Source of the DNA: an uncultured archaeon
Lineage (GTDB): Archaea > Asgardarchaeota > Lokiarchaeia > Sigyniarchaeales > Promethearchaeaceae
Assembly (NCBI GenBank): GCA_964426185.1
Contig: CAYRPF010000043.1
Coordinates: 21,244 to 27,148 of the forward strand
Reading direction: 5' to 3'
DNA length: 5,905 nucleotides
Below, in pieces: positions 1 through 5,905 of this stretch (position 1 is its first letter; every line of letters begins with the position of its first letter). The translations under genes were made by a program, and so were the position numbers. Under the pieces are notes generated by a model that saw only the letters and a list, made by a program, of their open reading frames with translations, ran no database searches and was not told where the DNA came from.

Positions 1-10
1 TTTTTCCTTA

Positions 11-83
11 AAATCAAACTTTTTAATACCCAAGCGTTTTAGAATATTTTGCAAATATGCAAAAAGACAAATCTTTTTAAATT
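11..83 (+). promoter_or_regulatory. Candidate archaeal BRE/TATA promoters for the ABC cluster (TTTTTAATA at 20-28; TTTTTAAA at 74-81)
   Basis: Both T/A boxes follow A-rich stretches (AAATCAAAC; AGACAAATC). Expected start sites ~25 nt downstream would fall on or next to the palindromes. The background is AT-rich, so this is tentative. Confidence 0.35.
47..64. promoter_or_regulatory. Operator-like palindrome 1: TTTTGCA-AATA-TGCAAAA
   Basis: Perfect 7-bp inverted arms with a 4-bp A/T spacer. The same motif recurs at 113-128 and 131-146 upstream of the ABC cluster. Confidence 0.7.
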
Positions 84-112
84 AAGTATATCTCTATTTT
101 ATTAATATATAT

Positions 113-128
113 TTTGCATTTATGCAAA
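113..128. promoter_or_regulatory. Operator-like palindrome 2: TTTGCA-TTTA-TGCAAA
   Basis: Perfect 6-bp inverted arms with a 4-bp spacer, the same geometry as site 1. Confidence 0.7.
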
Positions 129-130
129 CC

Positions 131-146
131 TTTGTAATAATGCAAA
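131..146. promoter_or_regulatory. Operator-like palindrome 3: TTTGTA-ATAA-TGCAAA
   Basis: One mismatch to the consensus and starts 18 bp after site 2. An extra half-site TGCAAAA follows at 147-153. Confidence 0.6.
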
Positions 147-182
147 TGCAAAATGTGTCTTTATTTCAGGTGTAGAAAAACA

Positions 183-1370
183 ATGACGCAAATTAAACCA
201 CTTAATTCAGAAAAAATCCCACTCGTTCGATTTGACCATGTTACGAAACGATTCGGATCCTTTACTGCAGTTAAGGATATTTCGTTTGAAATTAATAAAG
301 GTGAAATTCTAGGATTTCTCGGACCAAACGGCGCAGGAAAATCAACTACTATGAAAATGTTAGCAAGATTACTTCGCCCCACAGAAGGAACAATATATAT
401 CCGGGCAAACAATCATCTTGCCCCTTTAACAAATAGATCAAAAGATGTGCTACTGAACAATGTGGGTTTCTTAATTGAAAACCCTACTTTTTATGGAAAT
501 ATGACGCCAAGAGAGTTATTAAGCTATTTTGCTGAACTTAAAGGCTATCCTCCCTCTAAAGTTCATAATCGCGTGGAAAAAGTAGTTGAAATGGTAGGTT
601 TATCGGATTGGATTGATGTTAAAATGAAAGGATTTTCAAAGGGAATGCGCCAAAAAATCGGTATCGTCAGTGCCATAGTCCACGATCCAGATGTAATTGT
701 ATTGGATGAGCCTCACACTGGATTAGATCCACGTGCACGTTCAGAAGTTCGGGCATTACTGCTCGAATTAAAAAAAAAGGGTAAAACAATCTTCCTTAGT
801 AGTCATCTTCTCTATGAAGTCAGTGAAGTAGCCGATCGAGTTGCAATAATTTCAAATGGGAAATTAATCGCTCTCGATTCGTTGGAAAATTTAGAACAAC
901 GAGCACAAGGAAGTGTTATTGAACTAGAACTCTTCAATTTCGATCCTTTCGCAGAAAAAGAATTCAACAAAACTATAGAACGATTGAGAAAAGTCGTTTT
1001 ACCCCATACGGGTTTAAATTTTCAATCAGAATCAAATTCACCCACGGATTTAATTAAGTATAATTCAAATTCTGGACAAATTGAAATCATTTTTAATGGA
1101 AACCCTGAAAATCAGTTAAAAATTTTCAGAGCACTTTTCGAGCATAATTTTCCCGTGTTAGAGTTTTCTGTTCCAAAAGCAGATTTATTGGAAGATTTAT
1201 ACTTGATGTTTATGGATGAAGAAGATGAACACCAATTGGCGGAAAAACAAGAATTAATGGTAAAAAAGAAGATGAAAAAAAATAAAAAAGTGAAAAAAGT
1301 GAAAAAAATGAGCAAAATGGACCATGTGGGTAAATATGCTAATATGGAAGCTAAGGAGGGAATAAAATGA
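183..1370 (+). CDS. ABC-2-type (multidrug/antimicrobial-peptide exporter family) ATP-binding subunit, ~395 aa
   Basis: Walker A GPNGAGKST (321-347), LIENP in place of the Q-loop (Glu codon 477-479), signature FSKGM (633-647), Walker B VIVLDE plus PHTGLDP (from 693), H-loop SSH (798-806), and a C-terminal accessory domain ending LEDLYL. ATG 183 is preferred to ATG 153 because RBS-like AGGTG lies at 168-172. Confidence 0.95.
   Translation: MTQIKPLNSEKIPLVRFDHVTKRFGSFTAVKDISFEINKGEILGFLGPNGAGKSTTMKMLARLLRPTEGTIYIRANNHLAPLTNRSKDVLLNNVGFLIENPTFYGNMTPRELLSYFAELKGYPPSKVHNRVEKVVEMVGLSDWIDVKMKGFSKGMRQKIGIVSAIVHDPDVIVLDEPHTGLDPRARSEVRALLLELKKKGKTIFLSSHLLYEVSEVADRVAIISNGKLIALDSLENLEQRAQGSVIELELFNFDPFAEKEFNKTIERLRKVVLPHTGLNFQSESNSPTDLIKYNSNSGQIEIIFNGNPENQLKIFRALFEHNFPVLEFSVPKADLLEDLYLMFMDEEDEHQLAEKQELMVKKKMKKNKKVKKVKKMSKMDHVGKYANMEAKEGIK
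1266..1319 (+). repeat. Degenerate 9-nt tandem repeat (6 units) encoding KKM-KKN-KKV-KKV-KKM-SKM
   Basis: AAGAAGATG AAAAAAAAT AAAAAAGTG AAAAAAGTG AAAAAAATG AGCAAAATG, in frame in the ATPase tail. Confidence 0.75.
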
Positions 1371-2287
1371 GTCTAAAAACAAACTCCATACAAGAAACAC
1401 ACTCAGAAAATTTGGCATTATCCAATGGAACCGAAAAAATAAATATTGGTGCATATCGGGGATGGATTCAAATCGAAAAAACCATTTCTTTCGAATTTGT
1501 GCGCAATGGAAAAAAATTATTGGCCATGATTATAACCTCGGCCGGCATCTTTCTTCTTTCCTTGATAATCCAATTGATTCAAAAAAATCAAGGCATGGAT
1601 CTACCTTTTGAAGCTCTTGATTACTTTCAAAATTATTTAGGAATGATAAATTTCCTCATTCTTATTATCGGTACTACTTTTTTCGGGTCAATTATCGCGG
1701 AAGATTTTGAAAAAGAAACTGGAAATTTGATTTTTCCAAAAATTCCAAAAGAACGCTTACTCTTAGGTAGATTCATTGCTCGCTATCTGTATGCCTTCTT
1801 AAGCGTGGCTTTTTATTATCTTCTAGTAGCAATTGTTACTTACGTGGAATATGATGGAATTCCTAAAATTGTGTGGGAATCTATGCTCTGGGCTGAATGG
1901 TACCTTTTTGGGATTGCAGCATTCTTTACTATGTTTAGCAGCATATTTAAACGCTCATCTACAGCCATGATCACAGGTATTCTCTCAATTTTGATTATAT
2001 TCAATTTGCTATCCATGATTTTCATGTTCAGTGGAGTAACTGTAGAACCATTTTACTTTTTAACCTACTATGCAAATATTATTACACAATGGTTTCATAT
2101 GCCAGCAGCAGATTCACGCTTTCAAGAAATCCCATTTATGCGAGGTCCTGGTGCAGCCGCCTCTGAAGGGAGTACATATTATCAATGGATTACCCCAAGT
2201 GCTACAGGCGCTATAATTGGATTAGGGATATACTCAATCATTTGTCTAACAATTGCATATATTTTGTTCAAAAGAAGACAGAATTAA
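1367..2287 (+). CDS. ABC-2-type transporter permease (6 TM), 306 aa
   Basis: Six hydrophobic segments and an ABC-2 coupling-loop-like motif, SIIAEDFEKETGNLIFPKIPKERLLLGRF. ATGA overlap with the ATPase stop and GGAGG RBS at 1355-1359 suggest translational coupling. Confidence 0.92.
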   Translation: MSLKTNSIQETHSENLALSNGTEKINIGAYRGWIQIEKTISFEFVRNGKKLLAMIITSAGIFLLSLIIQLIQKNQGMDLPFEALDYFQNYLGMINFLILIIGTTFFGSIIAEDFEKETGNLIFPKIPKERLLLGRFIARYLYAFLSVAFYYLLVAIVTYVEYDGIPKIVWESMLWAEWYLFGIAAFFTMFSSIFKRSSTAMITGILSILIIFNLLSMIFMFSGVTVEPFYFLTYYANIITQWFHMPAADSRFQEIPFMRGPGAAASEGSTYYQWITPSATGAIIGLGIYSIICLTIAYILFKRRQN

Positions 2288-2294
2288 GAAATCT

Positions 2295-2327
2295 TCTTTT
2301 GGACTTCTCTTTTTTTTTCCCAAAAGA
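2295..2327 (+). terminator. Candidate intra-cluster terminator: T9 tract (2310-2318) enclosed by an 8-bp inverted repeat
   Basis: TCTTTTGG (2295-2302) pairs with CCAAAAGA (2320-2327) around a pyrimidine/T9 loop, just after the permease stop. Confidence 0.4.
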
Positions 2328-2347
2328 TAAAAATTAATGGTCTTTGT

Positions 2348-3313
2348 ATGAAACTTAAGATGCCGAATCCTCCTCAGCAACATTCTCCACCATCAGTTAG
2401 CATGAGTTTAAAGCAAAGTTGGAAGATGTTTATAGAAAATTACAAAGCATTCTTACTTACCGAAGCATTTGCCCTTATTGCTCTATTTCTGCTCGTTTTT
2501 GGATTTATTTCCATAATTTTTGCAATTATCAGCTTAATACCCAATATCACTATATCTGAATTTGGATCTCAATTGCGACAAACTCTGGTTTTATCGCTGA
2601 TTTTTCGTATTAGTTTATCATTTATATTCGGAATCATTTTTATGGGATTTATGAACTCTCAATTCGGATTAGCAAATGATATTATTAATTCTGGAGATAT
2701 GTTCGCCCAATTTAAAGGTTCTTTTCATTATCTTAAAATGCATTGGGGCAAATTTTATCTACTTACTATCTGGTTTAATGCAATTACTTGGTTATTTTCA
2801 AGTCCCTTCTTAGGATTCTCTAATTCTCACCCTCATCCTTCGGCTTTTACCGTTTGGCATTGGGTGATTTTTGCTATCCGCATAATAATACAATTTTTAT
2901 GGTTTTTAATGTGGATTCATGCATTTCCCAGTTTAGTGTATCAAAATAGTTTGTTAACAGCCTTAAAAGAAAGCTTTCTGATTTTTAAGACTGAATTTCG
3001 TCGAATTGTAAAAACTTGGGGAGTTTTTTTTCTTCTATTCACTCTTCCTATATTACTACTAAGTTTCTTTTTACTTATATTCCCAGATCCTGCAATTTCT
3101 ACCAGTTTAGTTCCCATTATTGCACTAGTAGTTATATTACTTCTGTTCTTACTAGGATTTCCTCTAATGACACTGTTGGCAACCGGAATATATAACAACA
3201 GCGATATTATCACTCAAACTCAAAATCACACTCAAATTGGAGCTAAATCTACTCAATTATCAGAAAAAACACCAATACATCCAAAAGATGATAAAAAACC
3301 TTCATCTCAATAA
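2348..3313 (+). CDS. Polytopic membrane protein (~6 TM) of unknown function, DUF975/GPDPase-membrane-domain-like architecture, 321 aa
   Basis: Long hydrophobic ORF with three amphipathic helices (SLKQSWKMF, QFKGSFHYL, ALKESFLIF), each followed by two TM segments. The termini are low complexity. An alternative ATG lies at 2360. The family assignment is from pattern resemblance only. Confidence 0.8.
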   Translation: MKLKMPNPPQQHSPPSVSMSLKQSWKMFIENYKAFLLTEAFALIALFLLVFGFISIIFAIISLIPNITISEFGSQLRQTLVLSLIFRISLSFIFGIIFMGFMNSQFGLANDIINSGDMFAQFKGSFHYLKMHWGKFYLLTIWFNAITWLFSSPFLGFSNSHPHPSAFTVWHWVIFAIRIIIQFLWFLMWIHAFPSLVYQNSLLTALKESFLIFKTEFRRIVKTWGVFFLLFTLPILLLSFFLLIFPDPAISTSLVPIIALVVILLLFLLGFPLMTLLATGIYNNSDIITQTQNHTQIGAKSTQLSEKTPIHPKDDKKPSSQ

Positions 3314-3322
3314 AATATCCTT

Positions 3323-3745
3323 GTGAACATCATGCCCCTTGATCAATCTCCTCAATCACATCAATCATCTCAAATTCGAATAAATAAACGAAATGAACAA
3401 AAGAATCAAGCTAGCCCACTTATTGAGAAACTACCAGCTGCGGAGTGTATTATTACAGACCCAGCCGTGGTGGTTCAAGTCATGCATACTAAAAAACAAT
3501 TAATCTTGCAAGAAATATTTCACGAGGCTTTAACTATTCAAGAACTACGTAAACGAACAGGATTAAACCCAGGAACAATTAAGCGACATTTAGATGATTT
3601 AATTCTCCACCAATTGGTGTTTGTCGAAAGAGAAGAGCGTAACACTTATAATATTCTAATGAAATTTTACAGAACCACAGCAGAAAAATTTATCATCAAT
3701 TTTCAACTTCCAGATGATTTTCAGCATAAAAGAAAAGGAAGATAA
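3323..3745 (+). CDS. Winged helix-turn-helix transcriptional regulator (ArsR-like/HTH_20)
   Basis: KKQLILQEIFHEALTIQELRKRTGLNPGTIKRHLDDLILHQLV is an ArsR-type HTH, followed by the wing ...EREERNTYNILMKFYRTTA. The start is GTG 3323 or ATG 3332, shortly after the upstream stop at 3313. Confidence 0.88.
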   Translation: MNIMPLDQSPQSHQSSQIRINKRNEQKNQASPLIEKLPAAECIITDPAVVVQVMHTKKQLILQEIFHEALTIQELRKRTGLNPGTIKRHLDDLILHQLVFVEREERNTYNILMKFYRTTAEKFIINFQLPDDFQHKRKGR

Positions 3746-3762
3746 AAGATAAAAAATAATTT

Positions 3763-3803
3763 AATTCAGCAATTTGCTCATAACGCCAAATTATTGCTGA
3801 ATT
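3763..3803. terminator. Hairpin between convergent genes, probable terminator (U-tract on the minus/csp strand)
   Basis: AATTCAGCAAT (3763-3773) and ATTGCTGAATT (3793-3803) form a perfect 11-bp inverted repeat. On the minus strand it is followed by AAATTATTTTTTATCTTTT. Confidence 0.65.
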
Positions 3804-3821
3804 CTTGTGCATTACTGCTGA

Positions 3822-4085
3822 TTAATAATAATTGTTGTTATAATTGCGACCACGACGCTCTTGTCGAGGGGCTTTCTTTGTTACCTTAACATCATGAGCT
3901 TCCATGCCCTTCTCTCCTTGAACAGATTCAAAGGTTACTTCGTCTCCTTCATATAGTGTTGCAAATTCATTACCATCAGTTAAGATGGCACTGTAATGCA
4001 CAAAAACATCTTTATCACCTTCACTTGGGGTTATAAAACCGAAACCCTTTCGTGAGTTAAACCATTTTACAGTACCTGTAGCCAT
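3822..4085 (-). CDS. cspA: Cold-shock domain protein (CspA family), 87 aa, with a basic/aromatic C-terminal tail
   Basis: [15 protein letters not shown]1 KGFGFI, RNP2 VFVHY and [13 protein letters not shown] at 4085 is preceded by SD-like AAGTGAT, so the ORF-track GTG at 4094 is probably part of the RBS. Confidence 0.96.
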   Translation of the reverse strand: MATGTVKWFNSRKGFGFITPSEGDKDVFVHYSAILTDGNEFATLYEGDEVTFESVQGEKGMEAHDVKVTKKAPRQERRGRNYNNNYY

Positions 4086-4230
4086 TCTTATCACTTATTA
4101 ATAGATATCTTATTCTTTTTTGAATAAGCGCTTGAAAAATCGGGTGGTCACACAATCTAATTGGTTATAATTCAATCGAACTTTCTTACAATAAGGAAGA
4201 AAAATTGAACCGCTACCGCGGATATGAGAA
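4086..4230 (-). promoter_or_regulatory. Putative long structured 5' leader of the csp mRNA
   Basis: Non-coding stretch with GC-rich patches and three stems: CCGC/GCGG, TTCAAT/ATTGAA enclosing TTTCTT/AAGAAA, and CTTATTC-A6-GAATAAG (4109-4128). A candidate promoter AATCAAATATTTTTTAG lies at ~4268-4252 on the minus strand. Confidence 0.45.
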
Positions 4231-4310
4231 CAACAATATTTTCCAAACAACCTAAAAAATATTTGATTCTACATAAAGTTAATGGTTATTTTGAGAAGTT
4301 ACAAATACGC

Positions 4311-4328
4311 TCCTAAAATTTTTTAGGA
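4311..4328. promoter_or_regulatory. Palindrome TCCTAAAA-TT-TTTTAGGA in the divergent csp/TPR intergenic region
   Basis: Perfect 8-bp inverted arms with a 2-bp spacer. Related half-sites occur at 4251-4258 and 4383-4390. Confidence 0.4.
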
Positions 4329-4398
4329 ATAAAAATGCTATATGGGATGAGGATTACGAATTAGGAAAAATTGTTGGTGAAATTTTTAGGGGGATTTT

Positions 4399-5905
4399 AT
4401 GGAAAGAACCCAGCGAAATGAAATTTTTGAGCAGGAATATCAAGTCATTCAAGAAATATTATATAAAGATACAAAAAAAGCAGAATCTTACATACGCAAT
4501 CTTTTAACACAATCTTGGAATGAAAATCAAAGAATTAAGTTAAAATCTCTATTGGCATATTGTATTTGGGCAAATGGCCGGATTACAGAATCGAAAAATC
4601 TTTATCAAGATTTGTTAACTGAATCCGACCGACCTAATTGCTTAGAAGAAAAAGCTGATGCATTAAATGGATTAGGAATTATTTTAACCAATGAAGGACT
4701 TTTTGGAACAGGAAATGACTATTTAAATGAATCTATCGAAATTTATCAATTATTGAATCTTCCCCGTAAGGAAGCTCAAGCTACCAATCGGTTGGCAATT
4801 AATTGCTTAAGTAGAGGAGAAGTGGAAAAATCTTCTCAACTTCTTCATCGAACCATTTCACTCGCCCAAAATATTGATCCAATTATGACAATTCAAGCTC
4901 GAAATAACTTGGTAACGATTTTTTTGAAAGAGGGGCAGCTTCAAGAAGGAATGAAGGAATTAAAAGAATGCGTTCGAATTGCAAAAGAGATTAATTTTTC
5001 ATATGGATTAAGCATTATGATGAGTAATTACGCCGAAGTCCTCCAAAAACTTGGTAATTTTAATAAAGCTACCAAAATATACGAAGAAGCGATTGAATTT
5101 ACCTCAAATATAGGAGATTATAAAAATTTGGCTCTTATCTTTGCGAATTATTCCGAATTTTTGGTAAGAAAAGGTGCATTAATCGAAGCGGAAAAAATTC
5201 TCCAAGAAACTGCAGAATTATATCAAGATATTGAAGATAAAACGGGATATCCTTTATTTCTTCATTCTTACGCCCAATTTTGGATTACTAAAGGAAATTA
5301 TTCAAAAGCAATAACTTATTTAAAACAAGCATATGAAACTCTTAAGCCAACTGGATTTAATGATGAAAAAACAGTTGTACTTCTTTCCTTAGTAGAAATT
5401 TGCCACAGTTTGGGTAATTATAATGATTCTTACTTATATCTTAGAGAACTCGATAAAATTGGATGGCAACAAAAAAATAAAGAAGGCCATATTGCTTGTC
5501 TTATATCACTGGGCATGATCAATATCGATCACAGCAATTATGATGAAGCAGAATTGATTCTACTAGACGCACTGCAGTTTATCAAAATTCATAAACTTTA
5601 CGAGTATTACTTCAAAGCTAAGTTGTTACTTACTCAAATTTGGATACTACGTTCTCAAAAAATATTTTCGGAGCAAAATCAAACAACCGAAAAATCTCAA
5701 ACTTCAAATCAGATGCAATCTACCAAAGAAAAAGAATATGAAGAGGCAATAAATCAAGCAGTTTCTTTAATAGAAAAAAGTATATTTTTTGCCAAAGAAA
5801 AAGGATTAACTTCTGATTATACTGAAGTTGGAATCATTAGAGCTTTATTATTTGCGTTGTTTTCGGATTTTGATTCATCTTGGAAATTATTAACAGAATT
5901 ACAAG
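4399..5905 (+). CDS. Tetratricopeptide-like repeat protein (~40-aa helical repeats), 3'-truncated by the window, at least 502 aa
   Basis: Manual translation gives an open frame from ATG 4399 (RBS AGGGGGA at 4388-4394; in-frame TAG at 4387-4389 upstream) to the window end. It begins MERTQRNEIFEQEY and contains repeats such as ADALNGLGIILTNEG and MSNYAEVLQKLGNFNKATKIYEEAIEF. It is absent from the ORF track because there is no stop codon in the window. Confidence 0.92.
   Translation, partial: MERTQRNEIFEQEYQVIQEILYKDTKKAESYIRNLLTQSWNENQRIKLKSLLAYCIWANGRITESKNLYQDLLTESDRPNCLEEKADALNGLGIILTNEGLFGTGNDYLNESIEIYQLLNLPRKEAQATNRLAINCLSRGEVEKSSQLLHRTISLAQNIDPIMTIQARNNLVTIFLKEGQLQEGMKELKECVRIAKEINFSYGLSIMMSNYAEVLQKLGNFNKATKIYEEAIEFTSNIGDYKNLALIFANYSEFLVRKGALIEAEKILQETAELYQDIEDKTGYPLFLHSYAQFWITKGNYSKAITYLKQAYETLKPTGFNDEKTVVLLSLVEICHSLGNYNDSYLYLRELDKIGWQQKNKEGHIACLISLGMINIDHSNYDEAELILLDALQFIKIHKLYEYYFKAKLLLTQIWILRSQKIFSEQNQTTEKSQTSNQMQSTKEKEYEEAINQAVSLIEKSIFFAKEKGLTSDYTEVGIIRALLFALFSDFDSSWKLLTELQ

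Noticed and set aside
61-78. Inverted repeat AAAAAGA-CAAA-TCTTTTT
   Set aside because: Single copy made mostly of homopolymer arms, so likely chance in AT-rich DNA, although it overlaps a TATA candidate.
47-153. TGCAAA repeats as a CRISPR array or transposon end
   Set aside because: The repeats are too short and irregularly spaced, with no spacers, cas genes or transposase.
153-182. ORF-track start at ATG 153 (MCLYFRCRKT extension)
   Set aside because: It abuts the operator half-site and has no RBS, while AGGTG at 168-172 supports ATG 183.
161-412. Minus-strand 83-aa ORF
   Set aside because: Antisense shadow of the ABC ATPase Walker A region with no independent evidence.
770-778. A9 run (and T8 at 3024-3031) as a possible frameshift or phase-variation site
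   Set aside because: Reading frames are intact on both sides, and such runs are expected at this base composition.
1112-1454. Two minus-strand Phe-rich ORFs (1112-1315, 1254-1454)
   Set aside because: Their hydrophobicity is just the complement of the A-rich Lys repeat, and they overlap real genes.
1840-2025. Minus-strand 61-aa ORF
   Set aside because: Antisense to the permease, with no motifs.
2941-3213. Minus-strand 90-aa ORF
   Set aside because: Antisense to the membrane protein gene, with no motifs.
4130-4225. GC-rich patches as a tRNA or known riboswitch
   Set aside because: No cloverleaf, T-loop or recognisable aptamer consensus was found. The region is kept only as a putative csp leader.

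Overview
AT-rich prokaryotic window, probably archaeal (TATA-like T/A boxes, GGTG/GGAGG-type RBSs, oligo-T tracts). The gene style suggests Asgard/Lokiarchaeia, but that is inference. The left part is a co-directional four-gene cluster: an ABC-2-type ATPase with an E-loop and a Lys-rich tail, a 6-TM ABC-2 permease, a 6-TM membrane protein with three internal repeats, and an ArsR-like winged-HTH regulator. Its promoter region has three copies of the palindrome TTTG(C/T)A-N4-TGCAAA, a likely autoregulatory operator. A cold-shock protein gene converges on the cluster across a long hairpin. Its domain and Arg/Asn/Tyr-rich tail resemble eukaryotic Y-box proteins, and it appears to have a long, structured 5' leader. 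Divergent from it is a gene for a protein with ~40-aa TPR-like repeats (4399 to window end), which the ORF track missed.
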